This document shows positions 45,130 through 58,129 of a stretch of DNA of 64,000 nucleotides, piece by piece (positions within the stretch are counted from its first letter, which is position 1; each line of letters begins with the position of its first letter). The notes under the pieces were generated by a model that saw nothing but the letters and a program-made list of their open reading frames with translations, was not told where the DNA came from and did not search any database. The position numbers were made by a program, and so were the translations under genes. Origin of the DNA: Minutocellus sp. GHC0000111 (lineage: Eukaryota); contig OZ361260.1 of NCBI GenBank assembly GCA_977018835.1, positions 2,046,001-2,110,000 on the forward strand, written 5' to 3'.

Positions 45130-46785
45130 ATGGCAAACTCCAACCCCACACCGACCAACTACATCCGGGCTCTCCCCCCGGACTTCGAGTACACAGCCGA
45201 GGAGCAATCCCTCCTCGACCTGTACGGGACGGTGAAGCTTTACGAGAAGGAGGCGGCCAAATTGCGCGAGGCAGCAGCCAAAGCCAAATTGCAGGCTGCC
45301 GATGAACGGTATCAGCGGGAGCGCGGAGGAAATGCGCCCGGCCAATCCGACGGCGCCGACGACGACACTGGGGGCGGTGCGGCCGCGGCGGCCGCTGCCG
45401 CAAGTAGGAAACGCAAAAAGAAGCGCAAGAAGAAGCAGAAGAGAGTGAAGGACCAGCATACCGGTGGTAACACAGGAGCTGGCGACGACGATGCCGCGTC
45501 AGATGGCGAGGGATCGGATACCTCCGGCGTCGGCTCCAGCGAGGAAGAGTCGGAAGATGAGGGTGGCACAAGTCTATTGGAGAGGAGGGAGGCCAAGCTA
45601 CAACAGATGAGGGACGAGCTCGAAGAGAAGAAGCGGAAGGCCGTGGAAGAGGAGGAGGCGGCAGAAGCCCTGCGATTGCAGCATTTGGAAGAGGCCAACT
45701 CGGCCATATCGCTCATGCCGTCGGTGAAGCGCAAGAAGCGCGAGGAGGGTGGAGACAAGCCTGCCATGTCGCTTATTGCCAACCTTCAGGGGCAGGCCAC
45801 GCCGACACATGAATTCAGCAAGGACCTCAACATGGGCAAGGAGAATTCATCGGGAACCGTTGTGTTCCCGACCAGTATCGATGTGGCATCGTGGACGCCA
45901 CCCGACACGGCATCGAATCCAGCTGACGGTGCGCTTGAAATACAGCTGCCGGACTTTGAGTCGCTCAGGCTACAGGAGGGGTCGAGCAACAACACCATCG
46001 CCATTAAATTTACGGCGCCGTCCGAGTCCAAGCGATTCAGTATCAACATTGCAGCTCCTGGACATCGGGACTACTACGATATTCTGTTCCACTTCAATCC
46101 TCGGCCTCGGCAGAAGGGTGGTCAGCTTGTCATGAATGACAAGCAGGAAGGTATTTGGGGCAGTGCTCTGGAGGTACCGCTATCGACATTACCTCTCATG
46201 TTTGGCGACCACGCCTGTACATTGATTATTCAGATCAATGGTGATGGCTTCGATATCTTTTTGGACGGAGACCATTGTGCGAGATTGGAACACAGGACTC
46301 AGCTGCCTAAGGAGAAGTGCTCGCTGACTCTACAGTTTCCTAGCACGGACGACTATGGTAGCCCCGAGGTATGGACGGTGTATCGAGTTTGGTGGGGGCA
46401 AAAGCCCAGCATGGCCTCGGGAGATATTTCGGGCGTTGCTGGTGTCAACATGTACAGCTCCTTGCACCCGAAGAAGCTATTCGTCAGCGGCCTTTCCAAG
46501 CTCCATTCGCTGCCCGAGGTGGAGCTGCGACGTGCCGAATTGGAACGAGCCTTCCGCAAGTACGGCGGCTCGCATGGCGTCGCTGTTGTTTGCCCTATGA
46601 ATGCTACGTATGCCTTTGTTGAAGTCGAGACAGAGCGCCAGGCCGATCTGGCACTGCAAGAGATGGCATCCAAGTACCGTCTCAACAGGGCACGACGAAC
46701 AAAGCACGAAGCCTTGCAGGAGGAACGAGCTGCCGCAGAGGCTGCCAACGAAGGAAAGCTTCAGGAGAGTACAGAGTGGAACTAA
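45130..46785 (+). CDS. Galectin-like domain plus RRM fusion protein
   Basis: FSINI...LFHFNPR...VMND...WG (galectin fold motif); KKLFVSGL (RNP2-like) and YAFVEVE (RNP1-like); basic NLS-like RKRKKKRKKK. Confidence 0.8.
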   Translation: MANSNPTPTNYIRALPPDFEYTAEEQSLLDLYGTVKLYEKEAAKLREAAAKAKLQAADERYQRERGGNAPGQSDGADDDTGGGAAAAAAAASRKRKKKRKKKQKRVKDQHTGGNTGAGDDDAASDGEGSDTSGVGSSEEESEDEGGTSLLERREAKLQQMRDELEEKKRKAVEEEEAAEALRLQHLEEANSAISLMPSVKRKKREEGGDKPAMSLIANLQGQATPTHEFSKDLNMGKENSSGTVVFPTSIDVASWTPPDTASNPADGALEIQLPDFESLRLQEGSSNNTIAIKFTAPSESKRFSINIAAPGHRDYYDILFHFNPRPRQKGGQLVMNDKQEGIWGSALEVPLSTLPLMFGDHACTLIIQINGDGFDIFLDGDHCARLEHRTQLPKEKCSLTLQFPSTDDYGSPEVWTVYRVWWGQKPSMASGDISGVAGVNMYSSLHPKKLFVSGLSKLHSLPEVELRRAELERAFRKYGGSHGVAVVCPMNATYAFVEVETERQADLALQEMASKYRLNRARRTKHEALQEERAAAEAANEGKLQESTEWN

Positions 46786-47305
46786 ACCTAAAAGGAATAG
46801 TAGATCTACAGTACAAGTAGTGTGCGTGCACGAATTTACCGGTAGTACCGGTATGCTGAAATCCCTCATCATCCAATCTCCACATGCTGTTAGATCTAGT
46901 CGAGTAAGTCATTCTGTAGAGTCTTTCCGTCTTCCGGGTCGGCGGCAGCAACAGCTCAACTGACGACGCATGCCTCATAAATCTTTCTTCAGAGAGAGTA
47001 ACGAACATGGTAAGTCGATGGTATGACGAGTGGTGCTCCCGCGTCGGGGTGGTTTTGGTGAGGAAATGTGCGCGGCACCAGGGGGGACCATCTGGTGCTT
47101 GTCGTGCGTACATGTACATGTATTCTGCGAGTTGTTATCGCTCTTGGGTTGGGTTCTTGCGTTTATCATGTTGTTGGTGCAGATGTCCCGGGCGGCCTCG
47201 AATGTGATGATCGCAGTGATTTATCTTTGTTGTTAGTTAGTTTATACGGAGCGTTGCCCCGGCACTTCGTGCTATTAGCTTTGGTGTGTTTGTGTGCCAT
47301 CCTTT

Positions 47306-48196
47306 ATGCGTAGGTCGAGCATCTCCAGTCAGGGCTCATCCTCTTCAACGGGGGCGAGCATTGAGCTTTCTCGGTTCGTTAACGGGCCATCATTTATTGG
47401 GCGTGAGCTGGCTCGGCGCATCGTGTTGATGTCCACTATACTTGGTCCTGGTAGTGACGGCGCTGCTGAGAATGACGCTTGGTCTGGCGTGGTTATGTCC
47501 CTTCTCGGTCATTCTTGTACAGTCCGATTTTTTCGTTGGGCGGAGAGCACTTATGTTCCTCAGTATTTATCATCAGCGTATTCCGGTCTCAGGAGCAGTC
47601 AATTGGAAGCCGATGGCACGATGAGGAGTATGATGTCCATGTCTTCTTTGTCGGCTGCTTGTAGGGATTTATTCTACATTCGCCAGCTTCTTTGTGAAAT
47701 ATTTGTTCTTTTCTTTCGCGTCTCCGTGCGTGGCAGGGTCGTCGAGCGGTATGCTGATGACATCCAGTGGGGCATGGTGTCAGCTCTTGTGTCCTCGTCG
47801 AGATATCATCGGTACTTGTTTGATCACCGCCTCATGGAGTACGTTGGTTGTCTTCACTTTCGTAGTGATCCATTCGGATCTCGAGTTTTTCTGCGAGGAA
47901 GCACATTCTTGCATTTTATCTGTCGCCAGAATCATGAGTATCTTCCTCGTGTAATATCAGAATATCACCGTTTTAATGTTCAATTTGGTGGTGATATTCA
48001 CGCTCGGCAGAGGCATCACAAGTATGGTTCTCCTGCTCATCATTTTCGTAGATTCCATGATATTCACACTCATGGGAATCACAGCGACATGTTTGCATCT
48101 GGATCATCGACCTTCGAACTGTTGCGGGAATTATTCAGGGGCGGTGAGGCTTTTAATAGGTCTATATATGACGGGGATGATTATGGTCAGGTTTAG
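47306..48196 (+). CDS. Hypothetical protein (putative element cargo)
   Basis: ORF of about 296 aa with T-rich codon usage unlike host genes and a His-rich C-terminal part; no recognised domain. Confidence 0.5.
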   Translation: MRRSSISSQGSSSSTGASIELSRFVNGPSFIGRELARRIVLMSTILGPGSDGAAENDAWSGVVMSLLGHSCTVRFFRWAESTYVPQYLSSAYSGLRSSQLEADGTMRSMMSMSSLSAACRDLFYIRQLLCEIFVLFFRVSVRGRVVERYADDIQWGMVSALVSSSRYHRYLFDHRLMEYVGCLHFRSDPFGSRVFLRGSTFLHFICRQNHEYLPRVISEYHRFNVQFGGDIHARQRHHKYGSPAHHFRRFHDIHTHGNHSDMFASGSSTFELLRELFRGGEAFNRSIYDGDDYGQV

Positions 48197-48325
48197 CATG
48201 CTGCATAAGTGAGTGTGGTCTTCATCTCTCCGTTTTATGTGCACGTGCTATGTTCATCTTAGGGTGGTATTTTATTGGGCACGTGCTCATATATAATATA
48301 TATAATTTTTTTCTCTAATATGTAA

Positions 48326-51300
48326 TCATATACCTGAAGGACTATCTTCATCACCATTGGATTTTGCCTCTTCATTGTTCAGATCATTTCCAAGATTTCG
48401 ATTTTGTACAGGGGAAGCATGATCTCCATTTTGATCTTGGACAGCAATATCACTAGTCCCAGCTGAAGTTGGTGTTTGGGACGAGTCCTGCGTTTCATAC
48501 ATTCCTAGCTCCGAGCAGGAGTGGGGAGTCACCATTTTGACTCTGGGCGACTTGATCCTTTTTGCTGTGGCGTTGAGGTCCTTTGCCAACGCTCTTCTCC
48601 ATTTGTTTAGGTGGGTGAGGATTGTCACCACGTCGTTGGGATTTTCTTGGACTAACTTTTTCAGGTCGCTCTTACTAAGTTTCCTGAACGGATCATGTCT
48701 CAGTTCCTCGGCAGCAGCGGTCATCACCCCGACGGTCACGTCTTTGATCGTATCCTTTTCTTCCATTTTCCTACGGTTGCTGTGGGGATTTGCATCACCA
48801 TCACGGAGTGCTTTGGCGTACCTTATAACTTGTTGCATTTTGGGACTATGGCTAGTATCACGGGCCGGTGGCGACTCTTGAGCGGCATCACCTGCGACTA
48901 CTTCCTCATTTTGTCGCGGTGATGACTTCATTCTTTTTGCTCGTCTTGGCTGGTCTTGGCCCCCGACTTGTTCCTCGGAATTATCTTGATTCTCATTCGC
49001 GTCGTCAGCATTTTGCCTTGCACTGTTATCTGCATTGGTTGGTTTTGTTGTTAATTTTGACGTTGGTGTAGGCGATCGTCGTCGTTTGGCTGCTGTCGAT
49101 TGGAAAATAGAAATATTAAATTTGAGTAAGGGATACCAGGAAAGAGAAATTATCGAAGAATACCACGGGGTATTCAAAAGGAAGAGGCGAGCTTCAATTA
49201 TTCATATCGTACCTTTTGACCCTGGATCTTTGGCTTTCCATAATCGTTGAGCAAGATTGGGATCATTCTTGTCCTCCTCAGCGGGCTCGTCAATTAGCAG
49301 TCTCACCATGGCTGCGAATCGGAATTCTTTCCTGAGGTACAATATCTCGTCACTTGTTGACTTGAATCCAACAATGCAAGTTTTATCGTCGAGGTCGGTG
49401 TCCGTTGGAATCTGATCTCGTCTCATCGTTGACGACGAGAAGAGGAACCAATCGTCTTCGTTCTTGAGATCCTTGATTCTCTTCTTCATTGCGTCGCTCT
49501 GCAGATATCCTGCGTCTAGTGCTTCCCTCAGCACGGAGACGTATGTAGCCATTGCTAATGATAGCACGTCCGTTGGGGGAGAATTCGATCTGGACGTCCA
49601 CTCTGTCCTGTTCTTGTAGGCTGTGGCAAGGATCGTATCTGTCATGTGATCTCTTTTCTCGGCCGATGCTTCGTTGTGACGATCATTCTGATAAGCTCGA
49701 TATCCCTGCACTAGCATCGATTTCTCTGCCGACCAGTTTGAGACCTCAACCGTCGTGAATCCTTTGGTCGCCAGGGCAACTTCGGTGAATTCCTTGGTTA
49801 TTTCTGACAGAGCATTGTAGAAGATGTGATTCCTGATGGCCTCCAATTTATATGTCGGCAGATTATCGAGGGTGCTGTCGATCACTCCCTTGAGCTTCTT
49901 TGTTCCTCTTGCGCCTTTGCTCTGTTTCCCGGCGATAGTTGATGCCACGTTCCGCAGAAACGCCCATATAAGTTCAAGCTTGTTGTACGAAGCCATCTTT
50001 GGATCCTGAGAAAGTGCCATTTGGAAGGTGATGAGGGCGGAGGGGTTGAGGGCCATCATCGATGCAAGATCAAGTGTTCCTCTGATTTCTTTGGTCAGCG
50101 TGAAGGTGCTCTTTTGCTTCGGGGCCTCGAATTTGTGAACTCCATACGATATTCTGTGACCAATTGCGTTATGGAATTTGGCGTCGTCATCACAGTCGGG
50201 ATCCTTTTGATATCCTCGAGCCAGAAGCTTGATCTGCGCTACCACCATTTCGAGTTTCTTTTCTGGCGTTACTTCATCGCCATTTGTCTTTACCTTCGAG
50301 ATTTCTTCTCTTCCCCAGAGCGAGGTCGCAGTTAGATTCTTTGCGAGGGCGAAAGCCGCTGCCCCCCTAACGGACATGAGTGTTCCTTCGAGAGTACCAC
50401 CACTCTCCATGAGACATGATTCTACGGTGTGATGCTTAATTTCCTTGGCCTGGCTGGCAGCATTGAGATCTTTGAGCATGTTGCTGAGTTGCGAGAAATT
50501 GGTTTGTCCCGATGATTGCTGAGCAGCACGAGCATTAAGGTCACTGACTGCTCTGAGGTGGTCTACATCTCGTGTGAAATGAAGAACCGTGACATTGACC
50601 TTGTCGAGGATCTGTGAATCAGCGTGCAACACGTTGGATCCTTGATTATGGTAGCATTCCATTTGCTTCCGCAGCGTCGGGTTGGTCACGTCAAAGGAGC
50701 GATTGCTATCATCACCATATGGCAAACCGAATGTTTTCATCCACGATGCGAGACCACGGTGCTGGCCATCAATGTTGCAACCAATTAAATTGTAACTCAT
50801 TGACGTTGGAAAGGTTGATCCGAGACGACGGCGAGACAAGTAAATCACCATGTCATACCGCGCCCGCAAGACATAGTGAGTTCTTTTCATCCCTGTATAT
50901 CGGTCCAAGTCTCGAAGAAGAGGTTCCCTATGCGCAAAGAGAGGAAATATTCGTGAGTGTTCAAATTCTGTTTGAATACCTCTTGGTATTTAACCAGAAA
51001 ATTAAAATCAGCACTTACCCTTCGATCTCACTATTCTTGTCCTTCTCTATGAATGATTCGATGCTCGCAATGTCTTTTGCCAAGCCTTCGGCAATTTTTG
51101 AGCACTCGTCATGATAATCCTGGTTCCAATTCTCCTCTATTCTTCCCTTTTCAATAGTTTCCTGGATGTATTTATCGGCTTCTTCATAGCTTCCTGCTGA
51201 CAGCATGACATAATACAGTACCTTGGGTCCTGAACACTCGACCACGTGCCGCTTTACTGTTGACTCGCCACTCGCGACGCCGTATTCTGCATCGAACACA

Positions 51301-53941
51301 AGATCCTCCTCATCATTATCTGCTTCATTGCCAACGGCTCCGATCATCAGCGTTGCAGGTTGGAATGTAAGCTGCTCCTTCGCCTCATTTCTGCTCCGGA
51401 ACATGTCCACTGCGATGTCTTCGGCCTTGGCCCGCTGCACTAGTTGCTGATTACAGCCTCTGAGTTTCAATCGCTGCGAGGAAGTCTTCGGGAAAGGTAA
51501 CGACACATGGGCCAACAGGACAATTGGCCAATCCCCTCTCGAAGCAATGCTTGTTTTTAAATCAACTTTCGTCGTGCTTGCGGTTATGTTTGCGAGATGA
51601 TCGACATCTTTAAATTCATCTTCATCGTCACTATCATTGTCACTCTTGCCGCTGCCCTCACTACTCTGCTCGTCTCTATCGCTGCCACTCGAGTCGTCGT
51701 TATTGGATGCCTCGCTGTTGGCTTCTTCGGCTTCATCGTCAGCGTTATCGATATTATCAATAGAGTCGTCGTTAACTGGAGGTGCATTGAAGTCCTCTTC
51801 TTCCATCGGTAGGGCTTCCTGATCATTGGTGTTTCCTTCGGTACTAACCTCGGCGTTATCGACGGCACCATGAGGCCTGTCAGTTTCCAGAAGTAGCGTT
51901 TCTCGGCTGGCCATTTTTCGACTCTCCCGCCTTGGTGTAGCAGCGTCGACGAATAGCCTCGAGCGTTCAGTCTCGCTCATTTCTTTATCTGAGGCGTCAT
52001 CGCTGAGTTCGTCAAGATTTAGAAAGGTATCCTTTTCGAGCGTATCAAGATGGGCTTTTGTTTCCTCACCCACCCTCGCGAAATGGGCTTGTAGATAGTC
52101 ATTAAGGATGGCCGCCCCATTAGGAGCCACACGGTCAATTTCATCCAATACTTTGGCCACTTTCATCAACTCTGTCTTTGCGACAAATCCTTTACTTTCC
52201 CAGAGGGGCGTAATATTCTGCCATCTGCCCAATCCAACTTCATACCATATGTCATACTTCAAGAGACATTTGACAGCAGGTCTCGAGCGCTTGGCAAAGA
52301 GTAGTTTCATTACTCCGATAATATAGCTCTGGGTGTTCATGTTCACCTCTTTATTCCTAATCAGTTGGACATTGTCTTTCAAGAACTGGCCCAGGTAATA
52401 GGGAGTCATGGCATTATATCCGACCCAACTACCAGTTGATTTTGTGTTCGGACCGATCGTTGGAAGAAATTCATGAGATCGAAAGAGGTCGTGGATGGAT
52501 TGCCGCTCTTCTCCGCTTGTCGCAAATCGTAAGTCAAGATCATTTGAAATAGGGCCCTCTGTCAATTCTCCAAGAGCAAGAGTCGCCAATAGCCCTTGTA
52601 CAAGGAAAAGATAGACGAGATATCTCTTTTCCTTATTGTCCGCGAAAACATCAGGACCAACATGATCGTCCTCACTGAGAAGTGTTGGTACCGTAGCCCT
52701 GAGATGGTCAATTGCGTTAGTCAGAAATAAATCTATCAACTGAGGAAGCGAATCTCGATGAATGCAAACAAAGAATTCCGCTCCGCGTCTTTTGAGTTCT
52801 CCGCCAATGAAAGGATGGTAACTGGCAAAAAGTTTATCGATAACGTCATCGTCACCGTCCCTATTGATGTAGTCTGGCACGATGCCAGAGTCAATTATGT
52901 CCATGCATTTCAGGATACGTTATTATTGGAAACGAATGGATAAAATGCAAGCGCGGCAGAGGGGTCTTCTATCCACAGGTTGTCGAGGTTCTCCACTTTC
53001 CCCCCTGGTCGCCGATCACGGACGAGTTCACATTCTAACAGGGTCTTTGTTGGTTCGCTGACGTCTCGCTTTCTAAGCAACGTCTTCATTATCCCGAAGA
53101 GAAAGCTCTGCACGTAATTTGCGTCACGACGATAAGTCTGATATTGAGAGTTTGTGTCACCATGATGAGAAGGGAGCACTCCATAGTAAAATCCCCACCA
53201 TTCATGATTGAGATCCTCGGTGAATTTTCCGAGCGTCAGTTCACCGGCGAAACCCTCGTTATCCATTATCTTCATCATTATTCTAACGTCTTCGCTGCGC
53301 ATGATGAGATTACGTCGATCCGGATTTAGGTCATCCAAGTTGTCATCTACCTCGCCGTAAGTGCGATAGGCATGAATGCCCTGCGAGACGAGTGAATACA
53401 CCAGCATTTTGAAAGCTCCAGTGCTCCCAAATCCTTCAGTGTTCAATCTGATACAAGCGCCCCTATCGTTTCCATCACCAGCGGCACCAATATCTTCACC
53501 ATTAATTGCAGGGTCAGTGGCCCCGAAGTACTTCAAAAGAGCACGAAGAAAAAGGACCGAGAGCTTGACCGTTGAAGCCTCGCCAATGCATACACATATC
53601 TTTCCATTATGATTGAGAAACGTTGCTTCGATACCGGCAGCAGTCAACAGTTGCTTAATTCCTTCATCTGGGAGTTGGATTTGGATTTGCTATGTCACGT
53701 AAATAAAACAATGTATAAGTCAAAGGAGAGTTAGATCTCGTTTTGGGTCTTCCGAATGAATACTGGGGGGTATTCAAAAGGAAGAACGTCATATAATCAT
53801 CATGATTACGTCATGGAAATAAATCAGCACGAAAAAAAAAGAAAAATTGTTCACCTTGAAGGGAAATATTGCTACCGCTGGATGATTTTGATTGCAACTC
53901 AAAATCACACACCAATGGACAATGATTGTCGACGTTCCCTT
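48326..53941 (-). CDS. Very large (>1700 aa) multi-exon hypothetical protein, divergent from RepHel
   Basis: Phase-compatible introns 53854-53690, 51018-50928 and 49212-49093 join the minus-strand ORFs, with one frameshift near 52915. Fragmented minus-strand ORFs up to about 54940 may be its 5' part. Confidence 0.7.
49158..49175. promoter_or_regulatory. Intronic palindrome GAATAC-cacggg-GTATTC
   Basis: Inside intron 49093-49212. Confidence 0.7.
50974..50991. promoter_or_regulatory. Intronic palindrome GAATAC-ctcttg-GTATTt
   Basis: Inside intron 50928-51018; one mismatch. Confidence 0.6.
53758..53775. promoter_or_regulatory. Intronic palindrome GAATAC-tggggg-GTATTC
   Basis: Inside intron 53690-53854; shares the flank AAAAGGAAGA with the 49158 copy. 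Confidence 0.7.
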
Positions 53942-55019
53942 TCATGTGTCATCAGTGCGGGGAATTCCCTTTCGCTCTTGGTCAGTCGAAAATATGTGTG
54001 GATCTGATATCAATCGCATGCTCATCCACCGAAATGAATACAGAAATAGTTGATACTTACATCGTTGCTCCCAGCCTTCGCCGCACGCCGAGAGTTGCCG
54101 CTGTCACCAGCATCCTCGCTTCCATCTGGGGGATCGCCAACCGTGGCCATGGTCACTTCTTTGTTACGAGGCGGATGATGAGTGGACGTCAATATGAGCG
54201 ATGTATCGTTCGTTGTACGAAGAAGCACCTTACTTTGCGATCGGTATCAGATTTTTTTTTTCCAAGTTTTGTGAGCGAATGGTCCGGTATTTTCTCGGAA
54301 TTCGCAGAAATCTTGATTCGTTCGACCGGATGTCAGAATAGAAAAGCCCTTTGGTGTCGCCGTATCTTCATGTTCATTCTCGCACGTGTATTCATCTTTC
54401 ATTATTTGAGAAAAGTGATAAGTGCCAGTCCATCTCAACGATTCGACCAACGCTCTTGGCAAGAGCGTCCCATCGAAAGAAAACATTGCTCCGAGGTCGC
54501 CATATTCCACGGAAGATAAGCGTAAGTGCCCTTCGCGTTTGCGTCACTCAGTCGTGGCGCCGCTTTTATTCAGTGCGACTTGTACATTTATTGCTCGGGA
54601 TCGTCGCCGCGTCTCGGTTTCGTTCCAATGAATCGTATGATCATGTCAAGATGATTACTCTGTTCATTTGTAATGCTGGAAACGAGTCGCCCATTGCGCT
54701 TGAATGGTCGCGCAGTGCAGGTGATCGATCTTTACCATCGGGTCCCAAGCTTTCATCACCATCGTTGTCGGCGATGGGCAGGAGCGGCATGCATAAGCGG
54801 CATACCGATGGCGCATCGCATGGCGCGTGGCATGGTGGCGGTTCCTTATTTTTGACGCACGAAGGAAAGACATTATTTTGGGAGTATTTTTCCCTTTAAA
54901 TTCCGGGAGGTGTTCATTCGGAATGCCCGAAAAGTCCACACATCTGCACGTGCAACTGTGATTTTACACCTTTCTAGTTCTTATGATGTTAGTTGTTACT
55001 ATGTTTCTTCCAGCTGCTA

Positions 55020-56662
55020 TGTCAAGCACTGGCTCTCCTAGCAGGAACCTGCGCAGCAGCAAAAGCTCTGGTGCTGCTGCTGCTGCTGCTGTGTGGCTGT
55101 CGCTGCTGCTGGTAGGTAGCGGTGACGACAGCAAGCAAGAAGAGCAGCTGTTCTTCAGCAAAAAAGAACAAGAGTGACAGTGTTTCTGCTCTTGTGGTCT
55201 CTAAGAAGAGAGCTGTTGCTGATGATCAGCGTGGTGAGTCAAGCCCTGTTGCCAAGAAGAAAACAGGTGATGATTGATGATTCTGCTCTCTCTCTCTATC
55301 TGCCACCTCACCTGTGCCGAGCTTGGTGGACTTAAGCAAGAAGAAGCTAGCTGCTGTCACAGCCTTCGAAAATGGCGTTGACGTCAGCTACTTTGGCAAT
55401 TGGTATAGTGCTTGTCAGATTAGCACTGGCAGCAGGGTTCCTGTGCAGGAGCTAAAGGATGAAAGCAACCCTGCCCGTGTGTTCAGTGCCATTGACGATC
55501 GATGCTGGCAAGCGGTTCACTCTTGATGCTTGCTATGACTTGGTGCATGGCGTGGCCACTGCCTGGGCTCTTGAAGCTCGGTCCAAGGGCAGCAAGGACT
55601 GGGAGAACATTTCTGTGGTTCTTCACAGCAGTTACCCTGTGAGGCAATGAGTGCCATTCAGGAGAGTGGACTGGAGCTACAGTGTGTGTTTGTTCCTTGT
55701 GTTGGCAAAGACGATGCTGTGAGCACGAGTGCCAGTGGTGCTCTTGAAACCCCCAAGCGCACCCCCAAAGCTGAAGGAGGTGGCGCTAGTGCTGGGAAAG
55801 TTGCTGCTGCTCTTGCTCCTCCTGCTGCTGTTGTTGCCAGTCAGAGCACTGTTGCCATCAGTTCACCTTCAAAGTCACCACAAAAACAGCTCAACCTGGA
55901 CAGTCTTGACATCAAGGTGACCAAGGACGTTGTCCAGAAGTACAAGAGTGCCAAGGAGGCCCGTGGTGGTGGAGCCAGTGGCTACAAGCTCACAGTGAAC
56001 CTCTCTGGTGTGTGGTCACAACCTCAGGCAGAGCCAAAGTTGTGTGGGTGTCGTCAACCTCGTAGACAGGCGCAATGCCCCTTACTGGATTCTTAAGCCT
56101 GATGTTCTCATTGACACTCTTCAAGCTTTGACCGAGAACCCCCATCTTGCGTGCCTCTCTGACCTTGCAAACAGTGCCAAAGAGGTTCCTTTGCGCGACA
56201 TTCCTTGCGGTGCTGATGTTGGGAAGCTGTCCTACTCCAAGACTGGGTCAGCTTTTCCAATCACAACCACCATGTTTTCCCTGGACGTGTCAGAGAAGAT
56301 TCGCCCTCCTGCCGAGGAGGCTGTTTGCCTGGTGCAAATGTTGCACGAAGTTGTGACATCCAAAGTGTTCAAGGAGGCCTACACTGACATGATGGTGAAC
56401 GGCGGTGGGCGGTGGGCCAAGCTTGGCTCTCAGATTGAGCAGGCAGGACAACCACTCCTGTTGGGTCGTTTTCAAGGGGTGCAACCTGGAGGTTGTTGAT
56501 CCTTCACCCCTGAACACAGTTTTGATGGACAAAGACACCAAGGAAGCCATGTCCTTCTTGACTGACGGCGTTCCCCCTGGACGCTGGGCTGCCGATGCTT
56601 CGTTGCGGAAGATTGCTTACAAGGATTGGAGCATTCCAGCTGGTACGTTTGCGGAGGAGTGA
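55020..56662 (+). pseudogene. Degraded accessory gene of the Helitron-like element
   Basis: Chain of overlapping plus-strand ORFs (55314-56662) with protein-like composition, broken by frameshifts, in a TpA/CpG-depleted tract. Confidence 0.5.
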
Positions 56663-58112
56663 GGAAGTGAAACTTTGTTCTCAGGGTGGCTGCTTTCTGG
56701 TGGATTAAAAAACTTTGCATTGTCTTAGGTAAGGGCTTGATCACACTTCAACTACAAAAAACACCAAACACACAAACACAAACACAAACCACTGTCAAAA
56801 AAATGAAAAACGTTAAGCGCAAAAGTCATGAAGGAGGTCAAACACTCAGTCACAAATTCAGTCAGACCCCATTTTGCAATCAAAAAATCAAAAACTGTAA
56901 TCAAACTACATAGTGATCAAAAAAGCCCCTCTTGTTTGCACCTGTTTGCTCCTCACTGTGTGCTTCAACTTCTGCTAGTGCACCTCTCACTCATTTTTGT
57001 GTTCTTCACCTCCAGTTTTGGCACACATGGCATCTCTATCAGTGATGCCAGACAGGAGAAGTCTGTTCTTCCCCCCCCTTTCAGGCCTCAAAAAGCAATT
57101 GCTGTGTCAACTCCCTGTGCTCGTGCACTCGCCTAGTGTTGACGAGGTGTCAATGGCTTGCAGCTCAACCAGCGTGTTCCAGCAACAACACAGGAGGCTC
57201 TTCAAGATGATGAGAAGCTGCATTGTTTCCTTAAATGTTGCCGAGATTGGGAGCACAGTGGAGCTGAGCAACACAGGGAACACTGTTGCAAAGCCCTCAG
57301 TTTTTGTGACAGCCCCATCTTGGTGCTTGGTGCTTGAAGTCAGCCCTCTTGGTGTGCCATCAAAGGGGTTTAGCTACTTTTTCATGGACAAGAAGGTAAA
57401 GGAGAAGATGAGCTTTGCTCTTTTGCACCAGACGCTAAAGCGTGGGCTGGCAAGGGCTTCCCTCAGGATGAAGCTGATGCCAGCAGCGCACAGCCCATGC
57501 CTGGTGAGGCTGTCTGCCAGCTTGGTTGCCGGCCCCAAAGAAGTTTGGTCAATCAAGGTCCGGTCACCCTTTGGATCGCCATTTGAGGTAAAGGTGAAAA
57601 GGACCTGCAGTGGGCGGAACTTGTGGCTTCAAGTTGTGCTTGCCACTGAGAAGCTAGCAGGACGGGGCACAGTGGACATTGACTCTCTTTATGATGGGAA
57701 CCGATACGACTGTCCCCTGCCACTCTGCTGCTTGGGGTTGAGCAATGGATGCACAGTGGACGCAATTGACAAAAAAGACCAAGAGTGGGTGATCTTCATT
57801 AAGTGCCCTGATGGCTCAGTCATCGCCACGCCGGCTAGCAAGGAAGAAAGTTGCATTGATTTACATCGCAGAGTGGCAGCAATGCTGGCAACTCAACTGC
57901 CGGTGTCGCCATCTGACGTGTACACGACGTTTGGGTCAAAGCTACTAGAGCACACAAAGGCAAAGTTGTGGGAGACAGGAATGCACAATGGATCAACTGT
58001 GATGGCAAACATTCGTCTTCGCGGTGGCGTCTGCGTTCCACACACCGGCAATCTCAAGCGGAGGCAAAATCAGGTAAATACCAATCACCCGATTCATGGC
58101 TTGGTTCCGAAA

Positions 58113-58129
58113 GAATACCCCCTGGTTTC
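58113..58129. promoter_or_regulatory. Degenerate intronic palindrome GAATAC-cccctg-GT-TTC
   Basis: Inside intron 58074-58219; one base missing in the right arm. Confidence 0.5.

Noticed and set aside
47075..47098. GCACCAG-N10-CTGGTGC hairpin as the Helitron left terminus
   Set aside because: A 7-bp stem alone is not diagnostic, and there is no second copy or opposite end in the window to confirm it.
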